Below, piece after piece: positions 9,807 through 19,534 of a stretch of 64,000 nt of DNA. Position numbers and translations under genes: made by a program. The stretch lies in the IMG/VR virus record IMGVR_UViG_2522572160_000003, one strand, 5' to 3'. The notes below the pieces were generated by a model that worked only from the letters and a program-made list of their open reading frames with translations, was not told the DNA's origin and ran no database searches. The DNA is from a virus (taxonomy: Duplodnaviria > Caudoviricetes). The number at the start of each line of letters is the position of its first letter. The stretch's first letter is position 1.

Positions 9807-10679
9807 ATGTTCAAAATTTTTAAAAGGTTAACTGCAATTTCGATCGTTTTCTTCCTTGTCCTGTTCATTTATGCTTCCATAGGTATTTCGGGCCAGGATG
9901 AGCTTCCCACCGGTCAGACGTTGAGCGAAGTTAAAACCCGGGTGTTGTCTACGCTGGAAAATGAGATGGAGAATGCAGGGTTTCGCTGGGGCGCACCCGT
10001 ATTTTTACGCATATTTAAGGATGTTAAGTTTCCAGGAGGATACAGGGCATATGGTCGAAGAAATAAGTCATACGGAGAAAACGGAGTATTGGAAGTTTGG
10101 GTGCAACGCAATGACCAATTCTGCCTTTTCAGGTCATATGCGGTTTGCTATTTCTCCGGAAGCCCGGGGCCCAAGACAGAGCAGGGGGACTACCAAAGCC
10201 CGAAGGGGTTTTATTTTGTCACTCCGCAGCGGATGAACCCATACAGCTCTTATCATTTAGCCTTTAACTTGGGCTATCCAAATGTTTATGATCGCGCGCA
10301 CGAGAGAACCGGAAGTGCTTTAATGGTCCACGGGAATTGCTGCTCAGTCGGTTGCTATGCCATGACAGACCCTAAAATTGAAGAAATATATTTGTTGGTT
10401 GAGGCTGCTCTTAGCGCAGGGCAGCCTTTCGTTCGCGTTCATATTTTTCCTTTTCCAATGACAGACGAAAACATGGAGGCGGCCGAAGGCTCACAATGGA
10501 TTGATTTCTGGAAGAACCTGAAAGAAGGATATGACTTTTTCGAGAATAATAAAGTTCCCCCAAACGTGGAAGTGAGCAACAGGCGATATATTTTTAAAGT
10601 GGAAGAAGTCGCCCCAGCTGCTTTTCCGGTGGCAGGGTCGCCTTCACCTCAAGCTCATCCTGGTGATGCTTTGGACTGA
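9807..10679 (+). CDS. L,D-transpeptidase-family protein, YafK/DpaA-like
   Basis: GPKTEQGDYQSP, NLGYPN, MVHGNCCSVGCYAM (His/Cys dyad), FPFPMT and FWKNLKEGYD match the YafK subfamily. Confidence 0.85.
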   Translation: MFKIFKRLTAISIVFFLVLFIYASIGISGQDELPTGQTLSEVKTRVLSTLENEMENAGFRWGAPVFLRIFKDVKFPGGYRAYGRRNKSYGENGVLEVWVQRNDQFCLFRSYAVCYFSGSPGPKTEQGDYQSPKGFYFVTPQRMNPYSSYHLAFNLGYPNVYDRAHERTGSALMVHGNCCSVGCYAMTDPKIEEIYLLVEAALSAGQPFVRVHIFPFPMTDENMEAAEGSQWIDFWKNLKEGYDFFENNKVPPNVEVSNRRYIFKVEEVAPAAFPVAGSPSPQAHPGDALD

Positions 10680-10691
10680 CATTAAATATAC

Positions 10692-11033
10692 ATGATAGAA
10701 TACAATGGCAGATTGATTCTTCGTAGAGGATGGAAATACATGGATGAAAAAAATGCTGCTTGGGTCCACTCCATTTCCAAAAAGGTTGACCCTATATATG
10801 AAATAGTCAACCGGCTGACAGGCTGGAAGGTTGTATTTGTTTTCTGGAAAATTACTTGTACGCAATGTCCATTTTTTAAAACGGAACCCGACTGGAGTGA
10901 TCTTGTCCGCCTTTTTGATATGGAAATTTTACCGGTCATGGATTGGCTTTTTAGAAACCTATCCCCTGCCGGTGAGGATTTTAAGTGGGCGGTTGAAACC
11001 TATCCGTGTCTTTATAAGGGGGAAAACGAATAA
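10692..11033 (+). CDS. Hypothetical protein
   Basis: ORF directly after the L,D-transpeptidase gene; no motif recognised. Confidence 0.35.
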   Translation: MIEYNGRLILRRGWKYMDEKNAAWVHSISKKVDPIYEIVNRLTGWKVVFVFWKITCTQCPFFKTEPDWSDLVRLFDMEILPVMDWLFRNLSPAGEDFKWAVETYPCLYKGENE

Positions 11034-11469
11034 ACATAGAACAGGTAGCATATTATCACTGCCAAGTGAAATTGCCCCCCCCAAGACAGGCGACCTAACA
11101 GCCGTAAATCTTCAGGCGCGATTTTATAATGGAGGTTTTTCAGACCTGTCATGCAACTCTAACGAGACAACAATAGACAGAAAATATTTATTGGAGATGG
11201 CCGAACAAGTTCGGGTGAGCATGAAAAAGGAATTGCGGTTGGATGAGTGGCAAAAAACAGTTTTATTAAAAGGACGAGAATATTTTTACCTTTTCGTCCA
11301 GTTGTTAAGCGGAGCCTTGGATGACGATGGAAAATAGATACAGGGCGCCAAAGCCAGGGACAAACTTCGATGCAGAGACTGGAAAATTTTACATTTTCCG
11401 GCCTAACAGCATCACCGTCATGAAGGCATGGCCTCCATTAGCCTGGAAGAAGACTTGAAGTCAACTTGC

Positions 11470-11730
11470 ATAGTCTCATTGTCGGCTTAGGAATTGGACT
11501 ATGTTTCCCAAGTCAGTTATTTTATGGGTTATTCCAGGTAGCAGTTTTATGAAATCCGCCGCAATTACCAGACCTATGGCGCCGAGAGGCTTGTTGACAA
11601 ACTGCCAGGCGTCAAAGGGTCTCACCCCCAACCGGGTAGCTCCCGAAGTGGGAAAGGCCATCCTGGAATACAGCGTCTGAAGCAGCCAGGCCAGGGATGT
11701 CTCGCAGCAGCCAAAAGCCTTTTATAAGCT
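11470..11730 (+). pseudogene. IS481-family transposase N-terminal remnant
   Basis: From 11524 reads MGYSR*QFYEIRRNYQTYGAERLVDKLPGVKGSHP, then (after an extra C) NRVAPEVGKAILEYS. Typical IS481 HTH region with an in-frame stop and a frameshift. Confidence 0.75.
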
Positions 11731-11808
11731 GCCGCGTGCCTCATATTTGTGGAGAAGCGATCATGTTGCTTTGACAAGCTAAAAAAATACTGACCAGGAT
11801 CAAAAAAT

Positions 11809-12585
11809 ATGGACCTTGATGAAAAAAATCAAAAGCATTTGGAACGTCAGCTAATTGCCTCGGAACGTAAACTGGGGCAGTACGACCCGCAAACAATAAG
11901 TGTCGGATTGAATCTTGCACGCATCTATGTAGAACAAGGCCGTTTTGACAAAGCGGAGCCTCTCTATCTGAGAGACTTGCATTTCTTTGAAAGAATGGAA
12001 GGCGAGGACGGCATTTGCGTTGCTTTTTCATGTTCAAGAATCGGAGCATTTTACGAAGCATACGGAAAATTTGATCAGGCAGAGGCTATGTACTTGCGAG
12101 AACTGAAGATCATTGCATGCATTGATGACAACTTCCTTCCAGTACGTATTGCAAAGCTGTTAAAGGTTTCCTTAAGCCAGGAGAATTTTTCCAAGGCTCA
12201 GAAATACTGTGATAGTCTCATGAATTTAATCATAACGATTTTGAGAGAGGATTATAATAACGATGATGATTACGTCTCGGACTTATCGGATTTACTAAAC
12301 GAAATGGCTTGGGCTTATCATGAGAAAGGCTGGAAAGAGCAGGCGCTGGGCTTGTATTTGAGGGGGATGGAGCTTTATGAGTTTTTTGGAGGAACGGATC
12401 AACCCATGATGGCATTCTTGTCTCATGGCATGGGGCTGTTTTGTAGAGAAGCAGGCCACTCGATTTTAGCCGGGAAGTATCTTAATCAAGCGGTTGAACT
12501 CGCCCAAATGCTTTGGGGGCCCGATGATCCGGACACGATTCGTTTTAAGAAAAATCTGACTGCTTTATCAATATTGCATCAATAA
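11809..12585 (+). CDS. Tetratricopeptide-repeat protein (kinesin-light-chain-type TPRs)
   Basis: LNLARIYVEQGRFDKAEPLY-type repeats; LWGPDDPDT. Confidence 0.8.
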   Translation: MDLDEKNQKHLERQLIASERKLGQYDPQTISVGLNLARIYVEQGRFDKAEPLYLRDLHFFERMEGEDGICVAFSCSRIGAFYEAYGKFDQAEAMYLRELKIIACIDDNFLPVRIAKLLKVSLSQENFSKAQKYCDSLMNLIITILREDYNNDDDYVSDLSDLLNEMAWAYHEKGWKEQALGLYLRGMELYEFFGGTDQPMMAFLSHGMGLFCREAGHSILAGKYLNQAVELAQMLWGPDDPDTIRFKKNLTALSILHQ

Positions 12586-12637
12586 ACTCCAAGAGACAAG
12601 CCGCCGGGGCATTATTGGGGGAAAATGGAGTGTTGTT

Positions 12638-13345
12638 ATGAAACTTCTGGGGGTGACATTCACTGGTGTGGATTCAACTATTGATTTAAGTGAACTAAAG
12701 AAAATTCAAGATAATTTTCCATGGGTTGAGTGGGGGATTCTTCTTTCAGACTTTTACATGGGGACTCAGCTTAGATTCCCTGGTGAGGGCTGGTTAGCAG
12801 GACTTCGTTCGTTTGCCACTCAAAATGAACTAAACCTGTCTGGCCACTACTGTGGACGATGGGCAAGGGATGTGATCAAGGGCCTAAAATCGCCATTCAC
12901 CAAGGAGGGTTTTAACCCTGATATTTTCAAAAGAATTCAGCTTAACACGAAAATTGATAAGCTACCGGTTCTCGATATTGTCGGATTGGCTAATACGATC
13001 AAAAGCATGGATCAAGAATTCATTTTTCAGTGCAACGGGGGGCTTAATGATGCGGTGGTACTTCTATTGAACAGGTCTGGGATTAATGTTTCTGGCCTGT
13101 TTGATCGATCTGGAGGACATGGGTTGGTACCAGATAATTGGCCAGAACCATATAAAAATATCAAAATGGGGTATGCTGGTGGACTGAACCCGATAAACCT
13201 TTCTTTAGAATTGGAAAAAATATCGGAAATCGTAGGGGAAGGAACTATTTGGATCGATATGGAAACAGGAATTCGGACGGATGATAAATTTGATTTGAAA
13301 AAAGTCTCCCTTTGCCTTGAAACCGCAGCCCCCTGGATCCAGTGA
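12638..13345 (+). CDS. TrpF/PRAI-like TIM-barrel protein of the type found in phages/MGEs
   Basis: TFTGVD, VEWGIL, LFDRSGGHG, GYAGGLNP and WIDMETG motifs. Confidence 0.7.
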   Translation: MKLLGVTFTGVDSTIDLSELKKIQDNFPWVEWGILLSDFYMGTQLRFPGEGWLAGLRSFATQNELNLSGHYCGRWARDVIKGLKSPFTKEGFNPDIFKRIQLNTKIDKLPVLDIVGLANTIKSMDQEFIFQCNGGLNDAVVLLLNRSGINVSGLFDRSGGHGLVPDNWPEPYKNIKMGYAGGLNPINLSLELEKISEIVGEGTIWIDMETGIRTDDKFDLKKVSLCLETAAPWIQ

Positions 13346-13475
13346 TTTGATGTCCTGGCACGTTTGCTGTTAAGGTGGGCGGAAATTACACAGAACCTTT
13401 ACTATGCTTAATACTATCTTTAATTTTGAATATTTCAGCCCAAAAACTTGTTCCGAGATTTTACAATTGTTAGGA

Positions 13476-13856
13476 TTAAAAGGGTATTTTTTCATCGTGA
13501 TAGTCAGCAGAGGAATAATCAGCGCTTTTTTTTCTCACTTCAGTAAACACTATCCTGAGCTCGCCTGCATTCTTCCCTCTCATTTTTGGACAAAGCACAG
13601 GTTCCATGAAAAGGTCATCGGGCCATGTATCCAGGCGAAAGATGATTCTTTCCTGAGTTCTGAGGATATAATCCAGCGCCCAGGCATGAAATTTCTTCTT
13701 TGTCCTGATTGTATTGATTAATTTTCCGGGTTCCCCGGATTCAGTAATTTGGTAGATGTGGTGTATGTATGGTTTCATTGCCGGTTTCTTATCCCCTTTC
13801 ACGATGGTATCTAAAAATGAACCACCAATTCGGGTAGTGTCCAGAATTTTTAGCAC
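13476..13856 (-). CDS. Hypothetical protein
   Basis: Follows 13865..14986 with an 8-bp gap. Confidence 0.45.
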   Translation of the reverse strand: MLKILDTTRIGGSFLDTIVKGDKKPAMKPYIHHIYQITESGEPGKLINTIRTKKKFHAWALDYILRTQERIIFRLDTWPDDLFMEPVLCPKMRGKNAGELRIVFTEVRKKSADYSSADYHDEKIPF

Positions 13857-13864
13857 TTTTGATT

Positions 13865-14986
13865 TTAAGTAGCCCCAACACCTGTTAAGACGATCATGCT
13901 TTTGTATTTATTCTCCAATTCTATGGAGGCTGGCGTTTCATCGTGCCGGCCAGTTTCAAATTTCGCACTAATAAGATATGGCCGTATTCGATTCTTGCGG
14001 CGATACTGATCCAATCCACGCTCCATATCCTCAATAAGGACAACTATCATGTCTGCAATGGGGAATATTTTTTTTACGCGCTGGTCCTGGCTTAGCCCTT
14101 TCAAATTCTTGCAACATCCTGGTTTAATGCTTAAAAAGTTGTCTTCCAACATCCGCCTACCAATACCGTCATAGTCAGCTTCATAAAAATATTTTCCGCA
14201 TGGAGACACCGCCATGTCTTCTGGAGCACTGAATATTTTAAAGCCATCACCTTTGCCAGTTCCTGTCCGTTCCTGTTCAGTGATCTCATATCGGCCCCCT
14301 GTTGTTATTTTCTCCAGCACACCAAATCGTCTATAGCCATAATGTGCTGTATCTCTACCGCTGGTGCTTCTCGGGTAGTAGGGACGGGTTTTAAAGATCA
14401 CTGTCAGAACATCTCCAAAAGGCACCATTTTGAGCACCTCGCCACAGTCTTCTATCCAACCAACAGGCTCCCTGGCCCACTCCTCATCTTGTTTCACAAC
14501 ATAAAGACGGTTTCCATTGGCATACAACAAGTCTTCATTCCAAATAACAAAACAGTTTACCGGCGAATAGCGATAATATTTTTGGCCCAATTCTATACGT
14601 TTGCGGCCATCGGAATAAAGAGGTATGGTATCAATTTGATTGCCTTCTATATCCCATTTAACAAAGGTTTCGTCTTCAAGGACCTGGGCTCCTATCCAAG
14701 ACGGGCCTACAATCAGGTGTTGTATATCCCCAATATGAATGCAGGTTGGTTGGTGCTCAATGTGGTGGGCAATTATGGCATCATCCCCATTTTTAAAGCG
14801 AGACCATGTAAATATGGTTCGACTGTCACCGTCATCTAAGACCTGTAAATCAATATGAGTTGCAACTTTTGGTAAGGTTTGAATCACATGCGAATCTTGG
14901 AGTTTTGATCCACGAAACATACTATAGTGAATGTCAGTGGACCTGTCCGGAATTCCAATAAGCCCAAAAGTGCAATCGAAATTCAT
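13865..14986 (-). CDS. Hypothetical beta-rich (possible propeller) protein
   Basis: GGAAGGAG RBS; 373-aa ORF; FSAPEDMAVSPCG resembles an NHL/propeller blade. Confidence 0.55.
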   Translation of the reverse strand: MNFDCTFGLIGIPDRSTDIHYSMFRGSKLQDSHVIQTLPKVATHIDLQVLDDGDSRTIFTWSRFKNGDDAIIAHHIEHQPTCIHIGDIQHLIVGPSWIGAQVLEDETFVKWDIEGNQIDTIPLYSDGRKRIELGQKYYRYSPVNCFVIWNEDLLYANGNRLYVVKQDEEWAREPVGWIEDCGEVLKMVPFGDVLTVIFKTRPYYPRSTSGRDTAHYGYRRFGVLEKITTGGRYEITEQERTGTGKGDGFKIFSAPEDMAVSPCGKYFYEADYDGIGRRMLEDNFLSIKPGCCKNLKGLSQDQRVKKIFPIADMIVVLIEDMERGLDQYRRKNRIRPYLISAKFETGRHDETPASIELENKYKSMIVLTGVGAT

Positions 14987-15297
14987 TTAATCTCCTTCCA
15001 TTGGGTTACGCCACATCCGTCCAAAACCGATTGTGTATCCAGCAGAACAGATTGAGCGTTGCAATCGCTCAATTTCCTTGTCAAGTTTGTACGCCAATTG
15101 TTTGGATTATTGATCAATAAATACCACGCACAAAATATTCTGGCAAGCTCTGACATGAACTATGCGCCATGTCTTTTCATGGGCCCATTATTCGCCAATG
15201 CAATTTTTAACAAAACTTATAGAGAAATAAATGTATTATGGAGGAGATGATTCTCAACAATAGGACGCTATTGTATTAAATTAGCTCCAATCCATTA

Positions 15298-15329
15298 CAA
15301 GAGACCGCATTCTCCAATGCGGTTTCTTG
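15298..15329 (+). promoter_or_regulatory. Hairpin at the start of the GC-rich cassette
   Basis: CAAGAGACCGCATT-CTCC-AATGCGGTTTCTTG inverted repeat. Confidence 0.5.
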
Positions 15330-15437
15330 CTTTAAGGGGCCGAACAATCCCTATTCCAATCACTCCGTCTTTCCCCTATTCCACTCATCCCGAGTGAATC
15401 CGTGATCCCAAACAATTCAAACCAAAGGAGTTTGCCT

Positions 15438-16871
15438 ATGATCAAGGAGTATTTGAAGGCCGGATATCCGGCCATATGCCTGTTGACGCAGGAGCCGCAC
15501 CGCGCAGAAGCGGTGTTGCCTTGCGAGGGCTGGAGATTCGTCTCCTGGGACTGCCTACAGGGCATCATTGACCTGGAAGCCAAAAAGGTCCTGGAAGAGA
15601 TCATCGACCCTGTCGAAGCCATTCGCTGGCTCGACAACTTCGGCGACACCGTGCTCATCGCCCACAACCTGCACCTGTTTCTCGAAGCCCCGGAGGTCGC
15701 CCAGGCCATCCAGAACGGCATTATCCGATGGAAAAGCATCGGCAGTGCGCTGGTCATGGTTTCCCCGGTGATCCAAATGCGGCCGGAGATCGAAAAGTAT
15801 TTCCATATCATCGATCTGGCCCTGCCTTCCGACGAAGACCTGTTCACAATCCAGATGGATTTCGCCAAGAAGCTCAACGTCAAACCCAACCGGAAGGCGG
15901 CCCGCGCCGCAAAAGGACTCACCGAATTCGAAACCGAAACAGCCTACGCCCTGTCCCTTGTGAAAAAGGGCTACTTTTCCACCCGGGTCGTCACTGAGAA
16001 CAAGGCTCAGATGATCCGCAAATCCGGCCTCATGGAGTTCTGGCAACCCGCAGACATTCAGGACGTGGGAGGATTGGACGCACTCAAATCGTTCATCGCC
16101 AACCGCATTCGAGCCTACGAATCGGACGGCGAATCCCTCCCCCGCCCCAAAGGAATATTGCTCTGCGGAGTTCCAGGGACTGGAAAATCTTTAACCTCCA
16201 AGGCAGTGGCATCATTGCTCAACTGGCCTCTCATCAAACTGGACATCGGCGCGTTGAAAAACTCTCTCGTAGGAGAATCCGAGCGCCGCATGCGCCAGGC
16301 AACCCAGGTGATCGACGCTTTCGGCGAAGCCATTATCTGGCTCGACGAGTGCGAAAAAATGTTCGCCGGGACCAAATCAAGCGGAGAAACCGACGCAGGC
16401 ACAACCGCCGGAATGTTCAGCCATTTCTTAAACTGGATGGCCGAAACCAATAATTCCGTATTGGTCATGTGCACTGCAAACAACATCTCCCAACTGCCGC
16501 CCGAGTTTCTGCGAGCCGGTCGATTCGACGCAACCTTCTTCGTGGATCTTCCCACCAAGGCGGAGCGCATCGAAATCATCAAAATCATGAACCGCAAGTA
16601 TAAAACCGACATCCCCCTATCATGGGCGGACCGGTTGACCGGGTTCACCGGCGCGGAAATCGAGCAACTGGCTAAAGACAGCCTGTTCGACGGCATAGAC
16701 GAAGCATTTCAAAACCTGGTTCCCATATCCCGGTCCATGCGCGAAGAAATCAACGCGCTCAGGGATTGGGCCAAGAACCGGGCTCGACTGGCGAACACGC
16801 CTGACAACCTCGAAACCGGTCAACGCAAACTGCGCACCGTTAAGAAGAAAGGAGGTGACACCAAGCATTGA
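15438..16871 (+). CDS. AAA+ ATPase, Ycf46/SpoVK-like
   Basis: AAGGAG RBS; DVGGLDALK, Walker A GVPGTGKS, Walker B IIWLDECEK, second region of homology TANN..LPPEFLRAGRFD. Confidence 0.85.
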   Translation: MIKEYLKAGYPAICLLTQEPHRAEAVLPCEGWRFVSWDCLQGIIDLEAKKVLEEIIDPVEAIRWLDNFGDTVLIAHNLHLFLEAPEVAQAIQNGIIRWKSIGSALVMVSPVIQMRPEIEKYFHIIDLALPSDEDLFTIQMDFAKKLNVKPNRKAARAAKGLTEFETETAYALSLVKKGYFSTRVVTENKAQMIRKSGLMEFWQPADIQDVGGLDALKSFIANRIRAYESDGESLPRPKGILLCGVPGTGKSLTSKAVASLLNWPLIKLDIGALKNSLVGESERRMRQATQVIDAFGEAIIWLDECEKMFAGTKSSGETDAGTTAGMFSHFLNWMAETNNSVLVMCTANNISQLPPEFLRAGRFDATFFVDLPTKAERIEIIKIMNRKYKTDIPLSWADRLTGFTGAEIEQLAKDSLFDGIDEAFQNLVPISRSMREEINALRDWAKNRARLANTPDNLETGQRKLRTVKKKGGDTKH

Positions 16872-17287
16872 GCCACATTTCCAAAATCGAGGTGAGGATC
16901 GACTCCCTCGACGCTCTGAAGCTCGCCTGCCATAGGCTGGGGTTCCAGTTCAACCAAAACCAGACCACGTACAAATGGTTCGGTCGATGGGTTGGAGACG
17001 AGCCCTTGCCCGAAGGCGTAAGCGAAGAAGAGCTTGGCAAATGCCATCACGCCATCATCGTGCCCGAATGCGAGTACGAAATCGGCGTGGTCAAACGCGA
17101 ATCCCATTACATCCTGTTGTGGGATTCATGGTATCGAGGCGGCTTGAAAAAGAAGATCGGCAAAAACGCCGGCATTCTCAAACAAGCCTACTCCATCGAA
17201 AAGATCAGGGCTGAAGCCCGCAAACGATCCTACCGCATCACCGAAAAACGGACGCCCCAAGGCATCCGCCTGACTCTCACCTGCTGA
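16868..17287 (+). CDS. DUF1257 (Ycf35-like) protein
   Basis: MSHISKIEVRIDSLDALKLACHRLG, YEIGV, Y.LLWD; GGAGGTG RBS with TTG start; canonical neighbour of the ATPase. Confidence 0.7.
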   Translation: MSHISKIEVRIDSLDALKLACHRLGFQFNQNQTTYKWFGRWVGDEPLPEGVSEEELGKCHHAIIVPECEYEIGVVKRESHYILLWDSWYRGGLKKKIGKNAGILKQAYSIEKIRAEARKRSYRITEKRTPQGIRLTLTC

Positions 17288-17295
17288 GGACAATC

Positions 17296-17493
17296 ATGAA
17301 ACAAATCATTTTGGACGTCTCCGACGACGGAGAGGTTCGCATTGAAACCCGAGGCTTTGCCGGAAAGGCTTGTCTGGAAGAGGCGCAGTTCATCAAGGAT
17401 CTGCTGGGTAAGGAGCTTACCCGCAACCTGACTCCCGCCTATTACCAGGACGCCAAAAAGAAGGCGAAGCGCTACCTTAACCTTTGCGGATAG
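17296..17493 (+). CDS. DUF2997 protein
   Basis: DGEVRIETRGFAGKAC...LG...TPAYY pattern. Confidence 0.75.
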   Translation: MKQIILDVSDDGEVRIETRGFAGKACLEEAQFIKDLLGKELTRNLTPAYYQDAKKKAKRYLNLCG

Positions 17494-17506
17494 AAAGGAA
17501 AACATT

Positions 17507-18370
17507 ATGGACGCCATTTTCAAGAAAGCATGTCTCGTACAATTCTCAGCCTCCGTGTGGCAGGGAACCCGCATGATCGATCCCGCCCTCATGGAAAGCC
17601 TGGGCCAGAACAGCGACTGGGTCAAAGCCCGCAAGAGGCTCATCAACCCCGAACTGTTAGGCCCCATCAAAACCGCCGTGCATCAGGCCCGAAACAACAT
17701 CCAGAAGCATGCATTGCCGTTTCCCATCACTGCGCTTTACCTGATTCCCAAGGAAAGCCTGACCATGATCGACGAAACCCTGCAGCAATTCAAGGAGCGT
17801 TTCTGGGCCAAGGTCAACGAGTTCGAGGCTCATTACGAAGAAGCCCGCGAGGAGGCGAAAGCCGTCCTGGGCGAATTGTGGAACGAAACCGACTACCCGA
17901 GCGACGTAACCGCCAAATTCAACTTTGAGTGGCGATTCCTCATCCTGGACGTCCCGAGCAAATCGAGCGTCCTGCCTCCCGAGGTATACGCCCGGGAAAA
18001 GGAGAAGTTCCAAAGCCTCATGGAAGAAACCCGTACTCTGGCCGCCGAAGCATTGGCCAAGGAGATGGGCGACATCGTCCATAATCTGTCGGAACGCTTA
18101 TCCGGCGGCAACAAGACCTTGTCATCCAACATGCTGAACAAGCTCAAGGAGTTCCTGGACGCCTTTGAAACCAAGAACATCTTTGAAAACGAACGCCTGA
18201 CGGAGCTGGTTACCCAAACCCGCGAGATCGTGGGCGGAGTCACTCCCTACGGACTTCGCTACAACGAATCCATCCGCCAGCGCATTTCAACTGACATGGC
18301 CAACCTGAAATCCGCCATTGACGAAGCCATCGAAGACCTGCCCAGGCGCAAGCTCCGCCTGGCTGCGTAA
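17507..18370 (+). CDS. DUF3150-like protein
   Basis: Helical protein with RLI.PE.L, LPFPI..LYLIP and DYPS...KF.F motifs, typical of ICE/prophage cassettes. Confidence 0.6.
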   Translation: MDAIFKKACLVQFSASVWQGTRMIDPALMESLGQNSDWVKARKRLINPELLGPIKTAVHQARNNIQKHALPFPITALYLIPKESLTMIDETLQQFKERFWAKVNEFEAHYEEAREEAKAVLGELWNETDYPSDVTAKFNFEWRFLILDVPSKSSVLPPEVYAREKEKFQSLMEETRTLAAEALAKEMGDIVHNLSERLSGGNKTLSSNMLNKLKEFLDAFETKNIFENERLTELVTQTREIVGGVTPYGLRYNESIRQRISTDMANLKSAIDEAIEDLPRRKLRLAA

Positions 18371-18427
18371 TTCCAAAGCGCATCCGATGCGTTTTCCATA
18401 CCTTATTAATAAGCAAAGGAGAAAACT

Positions 18428-18766
18428 ATGAACACCTGCATCATCAGCGGCAACCTGGGCGCGGACCCCGAATCCGTGTTCACCGCAGAAGGAACCCAAA
18501 TCGCATCCTTCAACATCGCTTTTAGATCCTCCAAGGACAAGACCTCCTGGGTCAAAGTGTCCTGCTTCAACCGATTGGCTGAAGTCGTGGACAAGTATCT
18601 CCACAAGGGCGCCAAAGTGGCCGTGGTCGGCATGCTGGATCAGGACAAGTGGGAGAAGGACGGGGCCACCCGCATCGCCCACAAGGTCATTGCCAACAGC
18701 ATCGAGTTCATCCGGACCGACGGACGCGGCTTTGACAACGGCGACGATGACGACATCCCCATCTAA
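18428..18766 (+). CDS. ssb: Single-stranded DNA-binding protein
   Basis: N.CIISGNLGADPE, YLHKGAKVAVVG, acidic tail DDDDIPI. Confidence 0.9.
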   Translation: MNTCIISGNLGADPESVFTAEGTQIASFNIAFRSSKDKTSWVKVSCFNRLAEVVDKYLHKGAKVAVVGMLDQDKWEKDGATRIAHKVIANSIEFIRTDGRGFDNGDDDDIPI

Positions 18767-18780
18767 CAAGGAGGTGAACC

Positions 18781-19446
18781 ATGGCTGAAAAACCCAAACT
18801 GGACGAACGCTTTATCATGCGCATCGAAGGCAAGGAGTTCGTGAAGTATCCCGGACTGCTGGACCTGGCGCATCAGAAAGGCATCGCCCAGATCGAAGTG
18901 GAGCCTTTGCAGTTCCCAACCGACGCCAACGGCATGTTCGCCATTTGCAAAGCGGTCGTCATAGCCAAAAACGGCGACAGCTTCAGCGATATCGGCGACG
19001 CCAATCCCAACAATGTCAACTCCCGGATAGCCAGGCACCTTTTGCGCATGGCATCCACAAGGGCTATTGCAAGGGCTCTTCGGAGCTTCACCAATATCGG
19101 CATGACCTGCCTGGAAGAGCTTGCAGACTTTGACGACGTCAAGGAGGAAAAACCTCCCAAGCAGACAACGGCAAAGAAGCAGACCAAGCCCAGGGCGGTC
19201 AAGAAGGAAGACAAACCGGTTGAAAAACCGGCTGAAAAGCCTGCCGATAAACCCAATGATAAGGCTGAAGATCGGCCCAGAATGAGCGAAGCTCAAAAGA
19301 AAGCCATCCACAACCTGGCTCAACGCCGGGGCATTGCTCCGGAAGAGTTGGATAAGATGGTTGAGGAAGCCTACGGCTCCGAGCTGTCTCACCTGACATC
19401 CACCGACGCATCCCAATTCATCCGCAGCCTGCAACAGGCCGCCTAA
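18781..19446 (+). CDS. Putative ssDNA-annealing protein (Rad52/RecT-like) with K/P-rich linker
   Basis: GDANP.NV...RMASTRAIARALR..TNIG; C-terminal SEAQKKAI...LTS.DASQ.I module; lies between ssb and the exonuclease. Confidence 0.5.
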   Translation: MAEKPKLDERFIMRIEGKEFVKYPGLLDLAHQKGIAQIEVEPLQFPTDANGMFAICKAVVIAKNGDSFSDIGDANPNNVNSRIARHLLRMASTRAIARALRSFTNIGMTCLEELADFDDVKEEKPPKQTTAKKQTKPRAVKKEDKPVEKPAEKPADKPNDKAEDRPRMSEAQKKAIHNLAQRRGIAPEELDKMVEEAYGSELSHLTSTDASQFIRSLQQAA

Positions 19447-19534
19447 CCCAACCCACAACCTTTTGCACCATCGGGGCGCTAAAAAAATGGGCGCACCGGA
19501 TAGGTGCGTCCATGCCCCGAAAAGGGGATTATCA

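Noticed and set aside
13356-13372. Sigma-54 promoter (TGGCACG)
   Set aside because: The TTGC element is not at the required -12 spacing.
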